Below are positions 1-10,544 of a stretch of 64,000 nt of DNA, piece by piece; within the stretch, counting starts at the first letter, position 1, and each line of letters begins with the position of its first letter. The notes below the pieces were generated by a model. That model ran no database searches. It worked only from the letters and a program-made list of their open reading frames with translations, and was not told the origin of the DNA. The translations under genes and the position numbers were made by a program. The stretch is from a virus (lineage: Duplodnaviria > Caudoviricetes), in IMG/VR virus record IMGVR_UViG_3300028832_000112, positions 1 through 64,000 of that record. One strand, 5' to 3'.

Positions 1-2
1 TT

Positions 3-3000
3 AGCAATGCACTATCAAAGCTCGAAGGAATTTCTGCTGGCGCAAATAAGGTCGAGGCGTCTGCGACCAACGGAAATATCAAGATCGACAATGTTGAGAC
101 AGAAGTTTACGCTCATCCGACGACGGACGCGAATGCGGCTGCCGCACGTACGGTAGGTAATGACGCTCTAGGACATGTGGTTCTTGGTGAGCCACTTACA
201 AAAGGTGATGTCGGCCTTGGTAATGTCGATAATACGAGCGACTTGAATAAGCCGATTTCTACGGATACGCAAGCCGCGTTGAATAATAAGGTTGATAAGG
301 TTGAAGGTAAGGGTCTTTCTACCGAAGACTATACAACCGACGAAAAAACGAAGCTTGGAAGTATCGACGCTGGTGCTCAAGTCAATGTCATTGAAACGGT
401 CAAGGTCAACGGAACTGCTCTGACGCCAGATAATAAGGCTGTCGATATTGACCTTAGTGATTACAAGACAAAGCAGACTGCCGTAGTTGATCCGTCGGCG
501 GACGGCGCTGGCTTGACCTTCATTGCTACCGCTGCTCAAGATGCCAATGGCGAAATGACCGTCACGAAGAAGACGGTACAAGATGGTACGACTTCGCAAA
601 AGGGCGTCGTGCAGCTCGTAGATTCTCACGAAAGTACGGATACTGATAAGGCCGCTACTCCGAAGAATGTGAAGGAAGCCTATGACTTGGCTAGCGGCAA
701 GCAAGACCCTATTGTGTTCGATGGTACTTATGATCCGGTTACGAACAAGGCTGCAACGGTATCTACAGTCACGAGCGCGGTCGCTGATAAAGCAAACAAG
801 GTTTCTGGTGCAACTGATGGAAATTTTGCTGGACTGGATTCCAACGGCGACTTGACAGACTCTGGCAAGAAGGCTTCGAATTTCGCGACTGCTGCACAAG
901 GCGAGAAGGCGGACTCCGCTATTCAAGGTGTCAAGCTGAACGGCTCTACACTTACGCCGGACAGTTCTAAGGTTGTTGACCTTGGTAATCTTAAAACCAA
1001 GCAACTGTTCCCAGTGAATGATCCTAACGAGGGTAATACCGACGGTCTTTCATTTATCAAGCATGTTGCGCAGAACGAAAATGGTAATTTGACTGTTCTT
1101 TCTAAGGCAACCGTTCAAGATGGCACTACTTCTCAGAAGGGTGTTGTCCAGCTGCAAGATAGCATCGCGTCTAACGAAACGAGTACTACGACGGCTCCCA
1201 CACCGAGGGCTGTTCGCGAAGCTATTGCCAACGCTGTTGCAAGTGCGTACCACCACGCTGGTACAAAAGTTGTAGCCGACCTTACAAGCTCGCTACTTGT
1301 TGCTGAAAACGAAGGTTGTGTGTACAACATGACGGACGCTGGTACGACTACGGCGGACTTTATCGAAGGTGCTGATAAGCCTATCCGTATTGGAGACAAC
1401 GTTGGCGTTTGCAAGGTCAGCTCAAATCCAGATACATACAAGTTTGACTTGTTGTCTGGCTTTGTTGATTTGAGTAATTATAAGACAAAGCAACAAGTTG
1501 TAAGTGACCCTACCAAGAACGGTGAATCGGTTGAGTATATTGATACTATTTCTCAAGACGCCAACGGTGAGATTACGGCAACCAAAAAGGGAATTCCGTT
1601 TGCCAGTACGTCCCAGAAAGGTATTGTGGATTTGAGCGATACGGTTGCCGAAAACCATACTAAGGCAGCTACGCCATATTGTGTCAAGCAAGCATACGAC
1701 CTTGCTGATTCTGCCGTAAAGGGTGTCCAGAAGAATGGAACCGATATCACTCTCGATGCAAACAAGAAGGCTAACGTCATCGTCAACAATGCGAAGCTCA
1801 AGATTCAGCTCGGTTCTGGTTCCGTAACAGAAACTGGTTTTACGGCTGATGCTGCTAGTGACGCTACTATTACGGTTCCTCTTGCTGACTATAGCGGTTC
1901 TACGTATACCGAAGGCTTGATGACTGGCCAAGAGAAGGAAAAACTCGCTGGAATCGCCTCTGGCGCTGAAGTCAACAGCATCGAGAGCATCACCATCGAA
2001 GATGATCAATCTGCCTTACCAATTAACCAAGAAAATGTCACGATTCCTAAAGCGGCTTATACGACTGGTGCCTCGCCGACTTATACGACTGGCGTGATTA
2101 CTGGTCAAGATAAGGAAAAGCTTGATGAAATCGAAGATGGTGCTCAAGTCAACGACATCGAGAATATCAAGATTGAAGGCGAGTCTAGCGACTTGACTAT
2201 TACGAGCAAGCGTGTCACGCTTCCGTTGGCTGCGTCGGCGACGACTTCTCCAGTCGCTGCGGCGAAGCCGGGTATCATGTCCGCCGCTGACAAGGACAAA
2301 CTTGACGGAATTGAAGCTAGCGCCGACGTGAACGTCATTGAAGGTGTGAAGCTCGAAGGCGACGCTGATGCGCTTACGCCAGACAGTTCTAAGGTTGTAA
2401 CGATTCCAGATGCCGCCGCAGATACAAGCGGGACTACTCCGGTGTATACCCACGGTCTGATGAGCGCTTCCGACAAGGAAAAGCTTGACACCCTCAAGAA
2501 CTTCTCCAAGGTTACGATCAGTGACGGGGCAACTCCTACGCCGTCTACAGAAGACTGTGATCCGTCAAACGACCACGATACGCTTACGTTCGAAGCTGGC
2601 CACAATATTACTCTGGCCAAGGCCGCAAACGCAAACAAGATTACAATTACCGCGTCTGCCGATCCAGTGACTGTGTCGGCTGGTGCTGGTATTGAAATTA
2701 ACCAGACACCGATTGTTGGTGGCGGCACTGACTATGAGGTTGGTGTCAAGGGCGGCCACATGGGCTATCTTATCGATACGTCCATTAGCCATTCCCACAT
2801 TAAGTCACTAGACGACATATTGCAGCCGGAATCTGCAGCGAACCCAATTAGCGATTCTGGGGACGATAGATTTGTTATCCAGCAAGACTCTGGACATACC
2901 TACTTGTGCGCATTGAAGCCGATTCCAGCATCTGGTAATGACCCGGCAGTCGCTGGTGTTGAACTGTTTACGTTGTCTGTTAACGCTAATGTAGAGTATT

Positions 3001-4742
3001 CTCCTCGCGGAAACGGCTACTACTACAAGGGCGGCATCAATGTTTATGATGTCGGCAACGGCGTGATTCTGTCTCAGTCAGTCGAGACTTATCCGTCTCA
3101 AGTTGGCGAATGCTCTATTGACCAGACCCTTACTATTAAGAATACTTCGACCAATACTGTTACGATCGACGGTAAGGAATATTGCCGTTATCGTGTCTAT
3201 TATTCTGGTGAAAGTGACACTACTCAAGATGATCCAGCCGGAAATATCCATGTTGCCCTTGTCGCGCATGTGTCGGCAATGGAAATCGCCGTCGGCATTA
3301 TCGAGCGCAACGGAAATACACTTGCCGCTGGTGAGGCTATTTCACTTGCTAATGACTTGGTGTCCGTGAAGTATGGTGATGGCCTTGGTCTCGATACCAA
3401 TGGTGAATTGGCCGTAAAGCTCGGTAACGGATTGATGTTCGATACTTCTGGCTCTGCTACGGTCATAGCGATTGACAATCCTACCGAGGAAGTTGTTCAA
3501 ACCGTCCAGAAGATGGAAGTTGACTTGGATTGCAAGCTCACTACGAACTTCGCGATGCCGCAGATTGTCGATGTGTACGACTTCGCCTCCAGATCGGTCT
3601 CTACGTTGTCGAGCGGCGCATGCATGCTTTGCCAAGCGTTCACTGTTCCTATCAATAACGGAATCCGTATTGAAAGCGGCACGGAGACGCCGACATTGTT
3701 CGGTATATATGCAAAGCAGAACTTTGGTCACAAGATAATGCTTGCTCTGTATGTGTATGACTTCGAAACTGGTTCTACGGACTACGTGGCCGATACTGGC
3801 CCAGTCGACGTTGTCGCTGGCCGTAACGAGTTCCCGATCAAGCACATCAATCCGGACATTACTGAATTGAAGTCCGACTGTGTCTACTACGCTACTTTGT
3901 ACTTGCCGAGCGCTGCGTGTGTGAACGGTTTGTTCCTTTGCGGATGTCCATCATATCAAGCTGCGTCCCATATAAATGCAATTCCGCGTTTCACTGTCGG
4001 CGTTGACAATATTACGTATAACGGCGCTGAAATCTCTATGGCTAGTGCTGATACTGGCCGTCTTGACTACAACGACGGTAACGGTCACTACTACATCGGC
4101 CCGTGGAGCAGTACATACAATGAACATCCGAATGCGCCGAGATTCTTCATGCAGATCCGTAATGCTGCTGGCGGCGGTAGCGTGGCTACTGATCCGTTTG
4201 TGAATATTACTGGCTTCAACCTTGAAGATACCAACGGTATTGTAGCGGTGTTCCAGAGTTCGACGATTACGTTGGAGCCGGACGGCAATGATCTCGTGAT
4301 GCAGTTGGTCAAGCCAGCGAAGAATGTAACCATCAAGTCTTGGACGTTCTATGACACTAATTCTGGCGACTCCAACAACTGGGGTGCTCGCGTGTACAAC
4401 TCCGGTCTCGGCACTAACGTCGCTGCGGCACAAGGCACCGGAACTATAACGGCTTCGCATAATGCAGTAAGCGGCACGAATTACTATGAGCATACTTACA
4501 GCTACGGAGCGAACGACCATGGACTTGACTTGACGGCTGGTAGCAGTTACTGGTTCCCGGCTGGAGTCGCCTTCGACGGTAATGATAAGCTTGTCCAGTA
4601 TACCAGCGCAACTACAGTCAAGAAAGACCTTATCGCATTCGATAACGGAGCAAACATTCCGTACAACTATGTCCGAGAGGACGATGTGCAGGGAACTTTC
4701 TTGCAGCTTGTTGATTCCAACGGAACCACTTGGACTATTTAA
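3..4742 (+). CDS. Large tail-fibre/virion fibre protein, 5'-truncated by the window edge
   Basis: The frame is open from base 3 (SNALSKLEGISAGANKV...), so the track start at 177 is not the real start. It carries several tail-fibre repeats (TTSQKGVVQL..S.....AATPK.VK.AYD) and GLM...DK.KLDGI.AGA.VN.IE repeats, followed by a distinct beta-rich C-terminal region. Confidence 0.8.
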   Translation, partial: SNALSKLEGISAGANKVEASATNGNIKIDNVETEVYAHPTTDANAAAARTVGNDALGHVVLGEPLTKGDVGLGNVDNTSDLNKPISTDTQAALNNKVDKVEGKGLSTEDYTTDEKTKLGSIDAGAQVNVIETVKVNGTALTPDNKAVDIDLSDYKTKQTAVVDPSADGAGLTFIATAAQDANGEMTVTKKTVQDGTTSQKGVVQLVDSHESTDTDKAATPKNVKEAYDLASGKQDPIVFDGTYDPVTNKAATVSTVTSAVADKANKVSGATDGNFAGLDSNGDLTDSGKKASNFATAAQGEKADSAIQGVKLNGSTLTPDSSKVVDLGNLKTKQLFPVNDPNEGNTDGLSFIKHVAQNENGNLTVLSKATVQDGTTSQKGVVQLQDSIASNETSTTTAPTPRAVREAIANAVASAYHHAGTKVVADLTSSLLVAENEGCVYNMTDAGTTTADFIEGADKPIRIGDNVGVCKVSSNPDTYKFDLLSGFVDLSNYKTKQQVVSDPTKNGESVEYIDTISQDANGEITATKKGIPFASTSQKGIVDLSDTVAENHTKAATPYCVKQAYDLADSAVKGVQKNGTDITLDANKKANVIVNNAKLKIQLGSGSVTETGFTADAASDATITVPLADYSGSTYTEGLMTGQEKEKLAGIASGAEVNSIESITIEDDQSALPINQENVTIPKAAYTTGASPTYTTGVITGQDKEKLDEIEDGAQVNDIENIKIEGESSDLTITSKRVTLPLAASATTSPVAAAKPGIMSAADKDKLDGIEASADVNVIEGVKLEGDADALTPDSSKVVTIPDAAADTSGTTPVYTHGLMSASDKEKLDTLKNFSKVTISDGATPTPSTEDCDPSNDHDTLTFEAGHNITLAKAANANKITITASADPVTVSAGAGIEINQTPIVGGGTDYEVGVKGGHMGYLIDTSISHSHIKSLDDILQPESAANPISDSGDDRFVIQQDSGHTYLCALKPIPASGNDPAVAGVELFTLSVNANVEYSPRGNGYYYKGGINVYDVGNGVILSQSVETYPSQVGECSIDQTLTIKNTSTNTVTIDGKEYCRYRVYYSGESDTTQDDPAGNIHVALVAHVSAMEIAVGIIERNGNTLAAGEAISLANDLVSVKYGDGLGLDTNGELAVKLGNGLMFDTSGSATVIAIDNPTEEVVQTVQKMEVDLDCKLTTNFAMPQIVDVYDFASRSVSTLSSGACMLCQAFTVPINNGIRIESGTETPTLFGIYAKQNFGHKIMLALYVYDFETGSTDYVADTGPVDVVAGRNEFPIKHINPDITELKSDCVYYATLYLPSAACVNGLFLCGCPSYQAASHINAIPRFTVGVDNITYNGAEISMASADTGRLDYNDGNGHYYIGPWSSTYNEHPNAPRFFMQIRNAAGGGSVATDPFVNITGFNLEDTNGIVAVFQSSTITLEPDGNDLVMQLVKPAKNVTIKSWTFYDTNSGDSNNWGARVYNSGLGTNVAAAQGTGTITASHNAVSGTNYYEHTYSYGANDHGLDLTAGSSYWFPAGVAFDGNDKLVQYTSATTVKKDLIAFDNGANIPYNYVREDDVQGTFLQLVDSNGTTWTI

Positions 4743-4757
4743 TTGAGGATAATGGCT

Positions 4758-6887
4758 ATGGCAACAGTAAATCCTAGTATTATTTTTGAACAGCAGACTC
4801 TTACCCAAGAGCAGAAAGATCAGGTACTGTCCAACATCGGCGCTATGAAGTCGTTCGATGGCGTACCATTTACCTCATCGGACAGGAACAAGCTGGACGG
4901 TATCGACAGCGGTGCGGAGGTCAACACTATCGAGACCGTCAAGGTCAACGGAAGCGCACTGAATCCGGACGCCAACCGGGCGGTAGACATCATCGTGCCA
5001 GAGGTTGACACGACGTATAATGCGTCATCTCTCAATCCGCAGAGTGGTACTGCGGTCGCAGCCGCAATTGCGGCGAGTGGTAACGTCCCAACGCCGTCCG
5101 CTAGTGACGATGGTAAAGTACTTAAAGCCTATGAGACAGACCCTACTACGCATGCGATGGCATACAAGTGGGACGTTGCCGACAGTGGCATTCCGTCACA
5201 TACGTCTGGCGACGACGGCAAGGTTCTTGGTGTTACTAATGAAGGTCAGACACTCGCTTGGGTCAGTCAGCCGACTGTAAACGACAGCACGGTTTCCGTC
5301 AAGATCGGAAGTTCGGCTGCGACTGCGGTTGGAACGATGACGACGAACCAGAGCGCAGCATCGGATATTGTCGTTCCTATGGCTTCGGCTACCGAATCTG
5401 GTGGTGACTGGACGTATGTTGACGGAGCGATGGCTGGTACTGATAAGAAAAAGCTTAATGGCATTTCCTCCGGTGCCGAAGTCAATACTATTCAATCGAT
5501 TACAGTTAACGGAACTGCTGTAACTCCAGACGCTAATAGGGTAGTCGCTATCTCTACTCCGGTCACGCATGTACTGGGTATCTATAAACAAAATGATCCT
5601 CCAAATGATGGTTATTACTTGGTTGATGTGGCTGACGAATCTTCGCCAGTATCATACATCACGTATACACAGCTGTCTGATTGGTTCGATAATGGTGATA
5701 CTATTTTATTGCGTGACAGCGATGGTTTCTATTGCTCGTTGGATTATCTTGAGAGCGACCAGATTTCTTTTTATGGGTCGAAAAACGGTTGCTATGCATT
5801 TAGCGACGATGATCATGACCATGTGTATTCAGCCGCCGATCCGTTTTCCTATGGTGGTATCAATGGTGTATCTGTCGATGGAATTGATTTGCCGCTAGAT
5901 GCTCATGGATGTGTCGATATCGAAATGCCGACTGTTGACCAGACTTATGATAGTGCTTCGGAGAATGCTCAGTCTGGTGTTGCAGTGGCATCGGCGGTAT
6001 CTGGCGTGAAGGCCGTTCCAGCGGTGACCAGTAGCGACAATGGCAAGGTTTTGATGGCGTCCTATAGTAATGGCGCTGGTACGTATTCATGGGATACTTG
6101 CGGTAATGAAAATGTTATTGAGTCCATTACTGTCAACAATGAATCGACTACAATCAGCAGCAAGACGGTGAATATTCCAGCGGCTGTAGCGTCCGTTAGT
6201 GGTGTTGGCGGTTCGTCCGGCGTATTGACTCCATCCGACAAGGAAAAGCTGGATGGCTTAGTATCTAACGTAAAAGCTGACTGGAATGCGGCATCTGGTT
6301 CGGCTGCTGAAATATTGAACAAGCCTACCATACCGACTGTTGACCAGACTTATGATAGTGCTTCGACGAATGCCCAGTCTGGTGTTGCAGTGGCATCGGC
6401 TGTGTCTGGTGTGAGGGCCGTTCCAGCGGTGACCAGTAGCCACGATGGTAAGGTACTGAAAGCTTCTTACAGCGGTGGTGTCGGGTCGTATTCATGGGAG
6501 ACCGACGGCGGTGGCGAAGCCAATGTCATCAATACGGTAAAGGTCAACGGAACGGCTCTTGTTCCGGATGCCAACAAGGCGGTTGACGTATCGGTTCCTG
6601 AAGTCAAGCTGGAAGGCGCGGCAAGCTCGTTGACGCCGTCTAGCAATGTCGTCACCATTCCGAATGCGATTGCTACTGGCGAGACTGGCGCATCGAACGG
6701 TTTGATGACTGCCGACGACAAGAAGACCGTGTCAGAGTCGGTCATCTACAAGGCCAATCCGACTAGCGGTGCCGAATACTTGTTGGCGCAGCGTCTCTAT
6801 GTTGTCCGTTCCGATCAAGAAATCATCAACATTATTAGTGGTGGCGGTGCGGACGGTCAAGGAACAATCCTCTTCAGAATAGGTTAA
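4758..6887 (+). CDS. Repeat-rich tail-fibre-like structural protein
   Basis: GAGGA at 4745 precedes ATG 4758. N-terminal QTLTQEQKDQVLSNIG motif; repeats KLDGIDSGAEVNTIETVKVNG, VDQTYDSASxNAQSGVAVASA (x3) and DDGKVL. Confidence 0.75.
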   Translation: MATVNPSIIFEQQTLTQEQKDQVLSNIGAMKSFDGVPFTSSDRNKLDGIDSGAEVNTIETVKVNGSALNPDANRAVDIIVPEVDTTYNASSLNPQSGTAVAAAIAASGNVPTPSASDDGKVLKAYETDPTTHAMAYKWDVADSGIPSHTSGDDGKVLGVTNEGQTLAWVSQPTVNDSTVSVKIGSSAATAVGTMTTNQSAASDIVVPMASATESGGDWTYVDGAMAGTDKKKLNGISSGAEVNTIQSITVNGTAVTPDANRVVAISTPVTHVLGIYKQNDPPNDGYYLVDVADESSPVSYITYTQLSDWFDNGDTILLRDSDGFYCSLDYLESDQISFYGSKNGCYAFSDDDHDHVYSAADPFSYGGINGVSVDGIDLPLDAHGCVDIEMPTVDQTYDSASENAQSGVAVASAVSGVKAVPAVTSSDNGKVLMASYSNGAGTYSWDTCGNENVIESITVNNESTTISSKTVNIPAAVASVSGVGGSSGVLTPSDKEKLDGLVSNVKADWNAASGSAAEILNKPTIPTVDQTYDSASTNAQSGVAVASAVSGVRAVPAVTSSHDGKVLKASYSGGVGSYSWETDGGGEANVINTVKVNGTALVPDANKAVDVSVPEVKLEGAASSLTPSSNVVTIPNAIATGETGASNGLMTADDKKTVSESVIYKANPTSGAEYLLAQRLYVVRSDQEIINIISGGGADGQGTILFRIG
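5928..6454 (+). repeat. Two near-identical ~122-nt intragenic direct repeats (5928-6049 and 6333-6454)
   Basis: Both copies read ccgactgttgaccagacttatgatagtgcttcg...cagtctggtgttgcagtggcatcggc...ccgttccagcggtgaccagtagc with few substitutions. Confidence 0.9.
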
Positions 6888-6888
6888 T

Positions 6889-8328
6889 ATGGCTCATAGA
6901 GGTAAAATAGCTTGTCACTTTCCTGGTATGGGAAACCCGAACCACGATGTCGAAGACATCAAGCTCCTTCCAGCTGGAACCGTTATTCCGGCTGGAGCGA
7001 CTGATGCCCAGATAGAAGCTCTGTTGGAACATGTCAACAAGGTCTATGCCATACCAGCTGGAGCGACGGTCAGCTCCGTCGCCGACTTGCAGCAGTATGT
7101 AGTGTGGGAATGGCTTAGTGAACTTGCCGCTGGTAGCGAGACAGTCGCGTTCGAGTATACGCCGTCTTCCGATGTATCGCTGAGTAGCATCGGTATCTTC
7201 ACTGATTCAAACGACACCAACACTACATGTAACGTTGCGGTATATCACGAGTCTGGACTTGTGGTGTATCGACATAACGTCGATACTGTCGATGCGGCAT
7301 CCACCAAGTACGAACTGACTGGTCGCCGTCGTCATATCGACGGAATATCGGGAGTTACGCTTAAAGCTGGTATGAAGTACTACATTCAGTATACGCAGAA
7401 GACCGACTATACTAGCGAGAACTTCTATCCGGCTTATTATGACGGTACTTCAGGAAATTACAAGGTGTGGTATTACGGTAACGTACAAAGTAAGCAGACC
7501 GTCAACATGGCGAATCTTAATACTTATCGTGGCGTCCTAAACGATAGTTCGTCTATTTTCCACATGAACGAAGGTGATTTCTTTATATGGGACGGAAGCT
7601 CTAATGTGGGTATGACTCCGGGTTATTGCTATGTCAGAAGCAATGTGGGACAGACATACATATTTACTGGAATTATCGGCGATCCGACAAGTGGTTACCG
7701 ACCAGTGTCGGTTGCTGATATGCAATCTGTACTTGCAAAACCCGTCAATGGTGAATTTATTTGGTATTGCCACAATCAGAGCGGCATGTCGTTCGGTCAG
7801 ATATGGGCAAAGACGGTGAATACGTCGTCGTGGGGTCAAATTGGTGCAACTACGCAAGAGTATATGCAAGATATATGCCCTATCTTGCATGCGCTCAACA
7901 CAAATTCAGTTGCAGTAATGTTGTCGACTCCGAATGACCAATGGTTTGGTACTGGCGACAAGATTACGTTGAAGTCTGGATACACGTCGCAAGTCACTTC
8001 GGATACTCCGCTGGAGAACATTCCTACGACGGCGCTTGTACCTAATGGGATATATTGCGTAATGCATAACGGTCATCCAACTCCGTTGCTTGCTACTGGA
8101 ACAGATCCAGCTACTGACCATGTTTGGCTTGATAGTAGGTCGGCGTTCAGACAGTACGTTGACGTTGTGGAAATGTACAACTGGCTCGACTACGTCGGCA
8201 ACAACTCCGACTTGATGTCTACGTACTACACCGACGGAAGCATTGTTGCCGCCGTCAGGGACAATACTACCTATCCGGTACAGAGCACAAAGAAGTATTA
8301 CCTTGAAATCAACGGAAACGAGGTCTAA
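6889..8328 (+). CDS. Putative virion/tail-tip associated protein
   Basis: 479-aa ORF closely coupled in the fibre operon; Tyr/Thr/Asn-rich, beta-type composition; no family recognised. Confidence 0.55.
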   Translation: MAHRGKIACHFPGMGNPNHDVEDIKLLPAGTVIPAGATDAQIEALLEHVNKVYAIPAGATVSSVADLQQYVVWEWLSELAAGSETVAFEYTPSSDVSLSSIGIFTDSNDTNTTCNVAVYHESGLVVYRHNVDTVDAASTKYELTGRRRHIDGISGVTLKAGMKYYIQYTQKTDYTSENFYPAYYDGTSGNYKVWYYGNVQSKQTVNMANLNTYRGVLNDSSSIFHMNEGDFFIWDGSSNVGMTPGYCYVRSNVGQTYIFTGIIGDPTSGYRPVSVADMQSVLAKPVNGEFIWYCHNQSGMSFGQIWAKTVNTSSWGQIGATTQEYMQDICPILHALNTNSVAVMLSTPNDQWFGTGDKITLKSGYTSQVTSDTPLENIPTTALVPNGIYCVMHNGHPTPLLATGTDPATDHVWLDSRSAFRQYVDVVEMYNWLDYVGNNSDLMSTYYTDGSIVAAVRDNTTYPVQSTKKYYLEINGNEV

Positions 8329-8329
8329 C

Positions 8330-8974
8330 ATGCACCAGTATTATGCAATCGACAAGAAGACTGAGAAGCTGGCTTTCATATCGGGAAGCCTTCTTCTGCT
8401 GTTCAATGCCATCAAGGCTGCAAAGAGGGAACAGAACGAATTTTATATCACGGAGGACTCTGGCGTGAAGTACATATCTACAATCGTGTATGTGGACGGT
8501 AAGTGCATATACAACAACATCGACTTCTGGGTAAACGGCGCTCCAGGAGTTCTGAAGGACTATGACGCGCACACCGTAATCGACGTGCTCGGAAACCCGG
8601 TCGACCGGAGTCGGTTCGAGATCGAATACCATTCCAATACGTCACGAGTCGCCGCCATGGACGGCGCGTACGGAGAAAGCGACTACAACATATCGGTTAG
8701 CCAAGAGTTCGTTTCCTTGTTCCATAGGGAATGCACATTGACGGACTTCCAGACGATCACTCCGATGGAAATCTTTGCCAAGCTGCATGAGGTGATTGCT
8801 GCCGTGCAGACTGGCTCGTTCCGCGAAGCTGCCGATCTGCTGAATGGAATCGAAAACGATCCGTTCCTTACCCCAGAACGTGTGAAAAAGTATGCCGACA
8901 TGCTGACTGCCGCCGACGCGATTACCTATGCAGATGACGGCGCGACGATTTTTACGGCTAGCGTAGGTTCGTAG
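8330..8974 (+). CDS. Hypothetical protein, possibly a fibre assembly/chaperone protein
   Basis: ATG 1 nt after the previous stop; last gene before a terminator. The function is inferred from position only. Confidence 0.5.
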   Translation: MHQYYAIDKKTEKLAFISGSLLLLFNAIKAAKREQNEFYITEDSGVKYISTIVYVDGKCIYNNIDFWVNGAPGVLKDYDAHTVIDVLGNPVDRSRFEIEYHSNTSRVAAMDGAYGESDYNISVSQEFVSLFHRECTLTDFQTITPMEIFAKLHEVIAAVQTGSFREAADLLNGIENDPFLTPERVKKYADMLTAADAITYADDGATIFTASVGS

Positions 8975-8990
8975 CTTTAAACGAATAAAA

Positions 8991-9018
8991 GAAAGGCCGC
9001 CTTACTGCGGTCTTTTTT
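8991..9018 (+). terminator. Intrinsic terminator
   Basis: aaaggccgc-cttact-gcggtcttt followed by a T tract. Confidence 0.85.
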
Positions 9019-9029
9019 GTATCCAAACC

Positions 9030-9037
9030 GATAAACT
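9030..9037 (+). promoter_or_regulatory. Putative late promoter motif GATAAACT
   Basis: Recurrent intergenic motif, here after a terminator and 24 nt before ATG 9062. Confidence 0.65.
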
Positions 9038-9061
9038 TATGCCAGCTACACGAGCTTGCGT

Positions 9062-9682
9062 ATGTCTAAGATTAAGGTCAGTTCAGTCACTAAGGGTCAA
9101 CCACCTTGTTCGGGGCCAGCTCCGCAGAAGAAGCCGATGCCTCGGCCAGCGCCGACGGATGCTCCGTTGCCGTTCCCGCCGCCTCCAGCGTTCTTCATGC
9201 CGGGGCCTTGCTGCCCAGGTACTACGCAAGTAGTGGACAATATTACGGTACAGTCGCTCGATCCAGAAAAGATAGAGGTGCTGGAAGGCACCTACATGGG
9301 CATGAAGGCGTTCGGTATCGACGCCAAGACGTTCCAAGGTATTGGGACTACTGGCATGGTTCCGAAGCCTACCGACGGCGACGAGGGTAAGGTGCTGACG
9401 TCCAGCGGCGAATGGGCTGAAATGGCCATAGAGCTTCCGCAGTCGGATTGGAACCAAGATGACGCCGAACAACCAGACTATATCAAGAACAAGCCGGGTG
9501 AGTATGCTGGCAGCGACGCTGGTCTCGTTCCTCACGGAACCCAAGACGACCAAGCGAAGTTCTTGCGAGGCGACGGCAGCTGGGCTGAAGTGACCAGCGG
9601 CGACAATACAAGGGAATGCACTGCAGAGGAAATGGATCAGTGGCTTGAAGAAGTTGACAGTGAGGATAACAGCAATGGCTAA
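9062..9682 (+). CDS. Structural protein with Pro/Cys-rich N-terminus and fibre modules
   Basis: PPPPAFFMPGPCCPG N-terminus, then QSDWNQ....DYIKNKP and KFLRGDGSW fibre motifs. Confidence 0.7.
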   Translation: MSKIKVSSVTKGQPPCSGPAPQKKPMPRPAPTDAPLPFPPPPAFFMPGPCCPGTTQVVDNITVQSLDPEKIEVLEGTYMGMKAFGIDAKTFQGIGTTGMVPKPTDGDEGKVLTSSGEWAEMAIELPQSDWNQDDAEQPDYIKNKPGEYAGSDAGLVPHGTQDDQAKFLRGDGSWAEVTSGDNTRECTAEEMDQWLEEVDSEDNSNG

Positions 9683-10544
9683 CGAGAAGATTTATGTAGG
9701 CGAAACTGGTGCCAAGGAACTTTACAGAAAAGTTAAGGCATTGATACCGACTGAAGTTCCGGGTAATGGCAAGTTGAAAGTACAGATTGGCAATGCGCAA
9801 TCTGTCGAAACTGGATTTACCGCCAATACTGATACTGACCATACGTTGGTTATTGAGTCTGCGTCTACGTCGGCTCAAGGCGTTGTCCAGTTGTCTAATG
9901 CCATCGATAGTGTGTCCGAGACGAATGCGGCGACATCGAAGGCCGTCAAGGATGCATACGATGCGCTAGACGCTAAAATGAAGGCTCGCGCCGTATTCTT
10001 TGGATCTGTGGAGGAATGGAACACATACAAGGTCGCACACCCAGAAGGTGATCCGAGCAAGGTCTACTATGTACAGACTGGCTCTGGCGAGGACAAGTAC
10101 ACGGTCTATGTATGGAAGGTTGTTCCTGATGGAGTAAGTTTTTATGAGGAGACTGACGAGTCGTCCATTTCGCTGGAAGGTTATTGGCATGATTCTCCGA
10201 CCGTAGTTGATGATCCGAACAATACGGATACCTTCGTATCCGGTATCGCATTGAACCAGAATGGCACTGTGTCGGTTACTCGTAAGTCTGTACAAGATGT
10301 GACGGCATCAGTAAGCGGATCTGGTGGGCATCATGGATTGATGACGGCTACCGACAAGGAAAAGCTGGACGGCATCGAGGCTGGTGCGCAAGTCAATGTG
10401 AAATCTGACTGGACGGCTGCTGCTGGCTCGGCTAGCGAAATTTTGCATAAGCCGGGCGAGTATGCTGGCAGCGATGCTGGTCTCGTTCCTCACGGAACAC
10501 AATACGACCAAACGAAGTTCTTGCGAGGCGACGGCAGTTGGGCT
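9491..10544 (+). repeat. 96-nt module shared by two adjacent genes (9491-9586 and 10449-10544)
   Basis: Encodes KPGEYAGSDAGLVPHGTQxDQxKFLRGDGSWA; about 6 mismatches in 96 nt. Confidence 0.9.

Noticed and set aside
5928-10544. Diversity-generating retroelement TR/VR pairs or a CRISPR array from the near-identical repeats
   Set aside because: Differences are not adenine-specific, both copies are coding and internal, there is no reverse transcriptase in the window, and there is no repeat-spacer periodicity.
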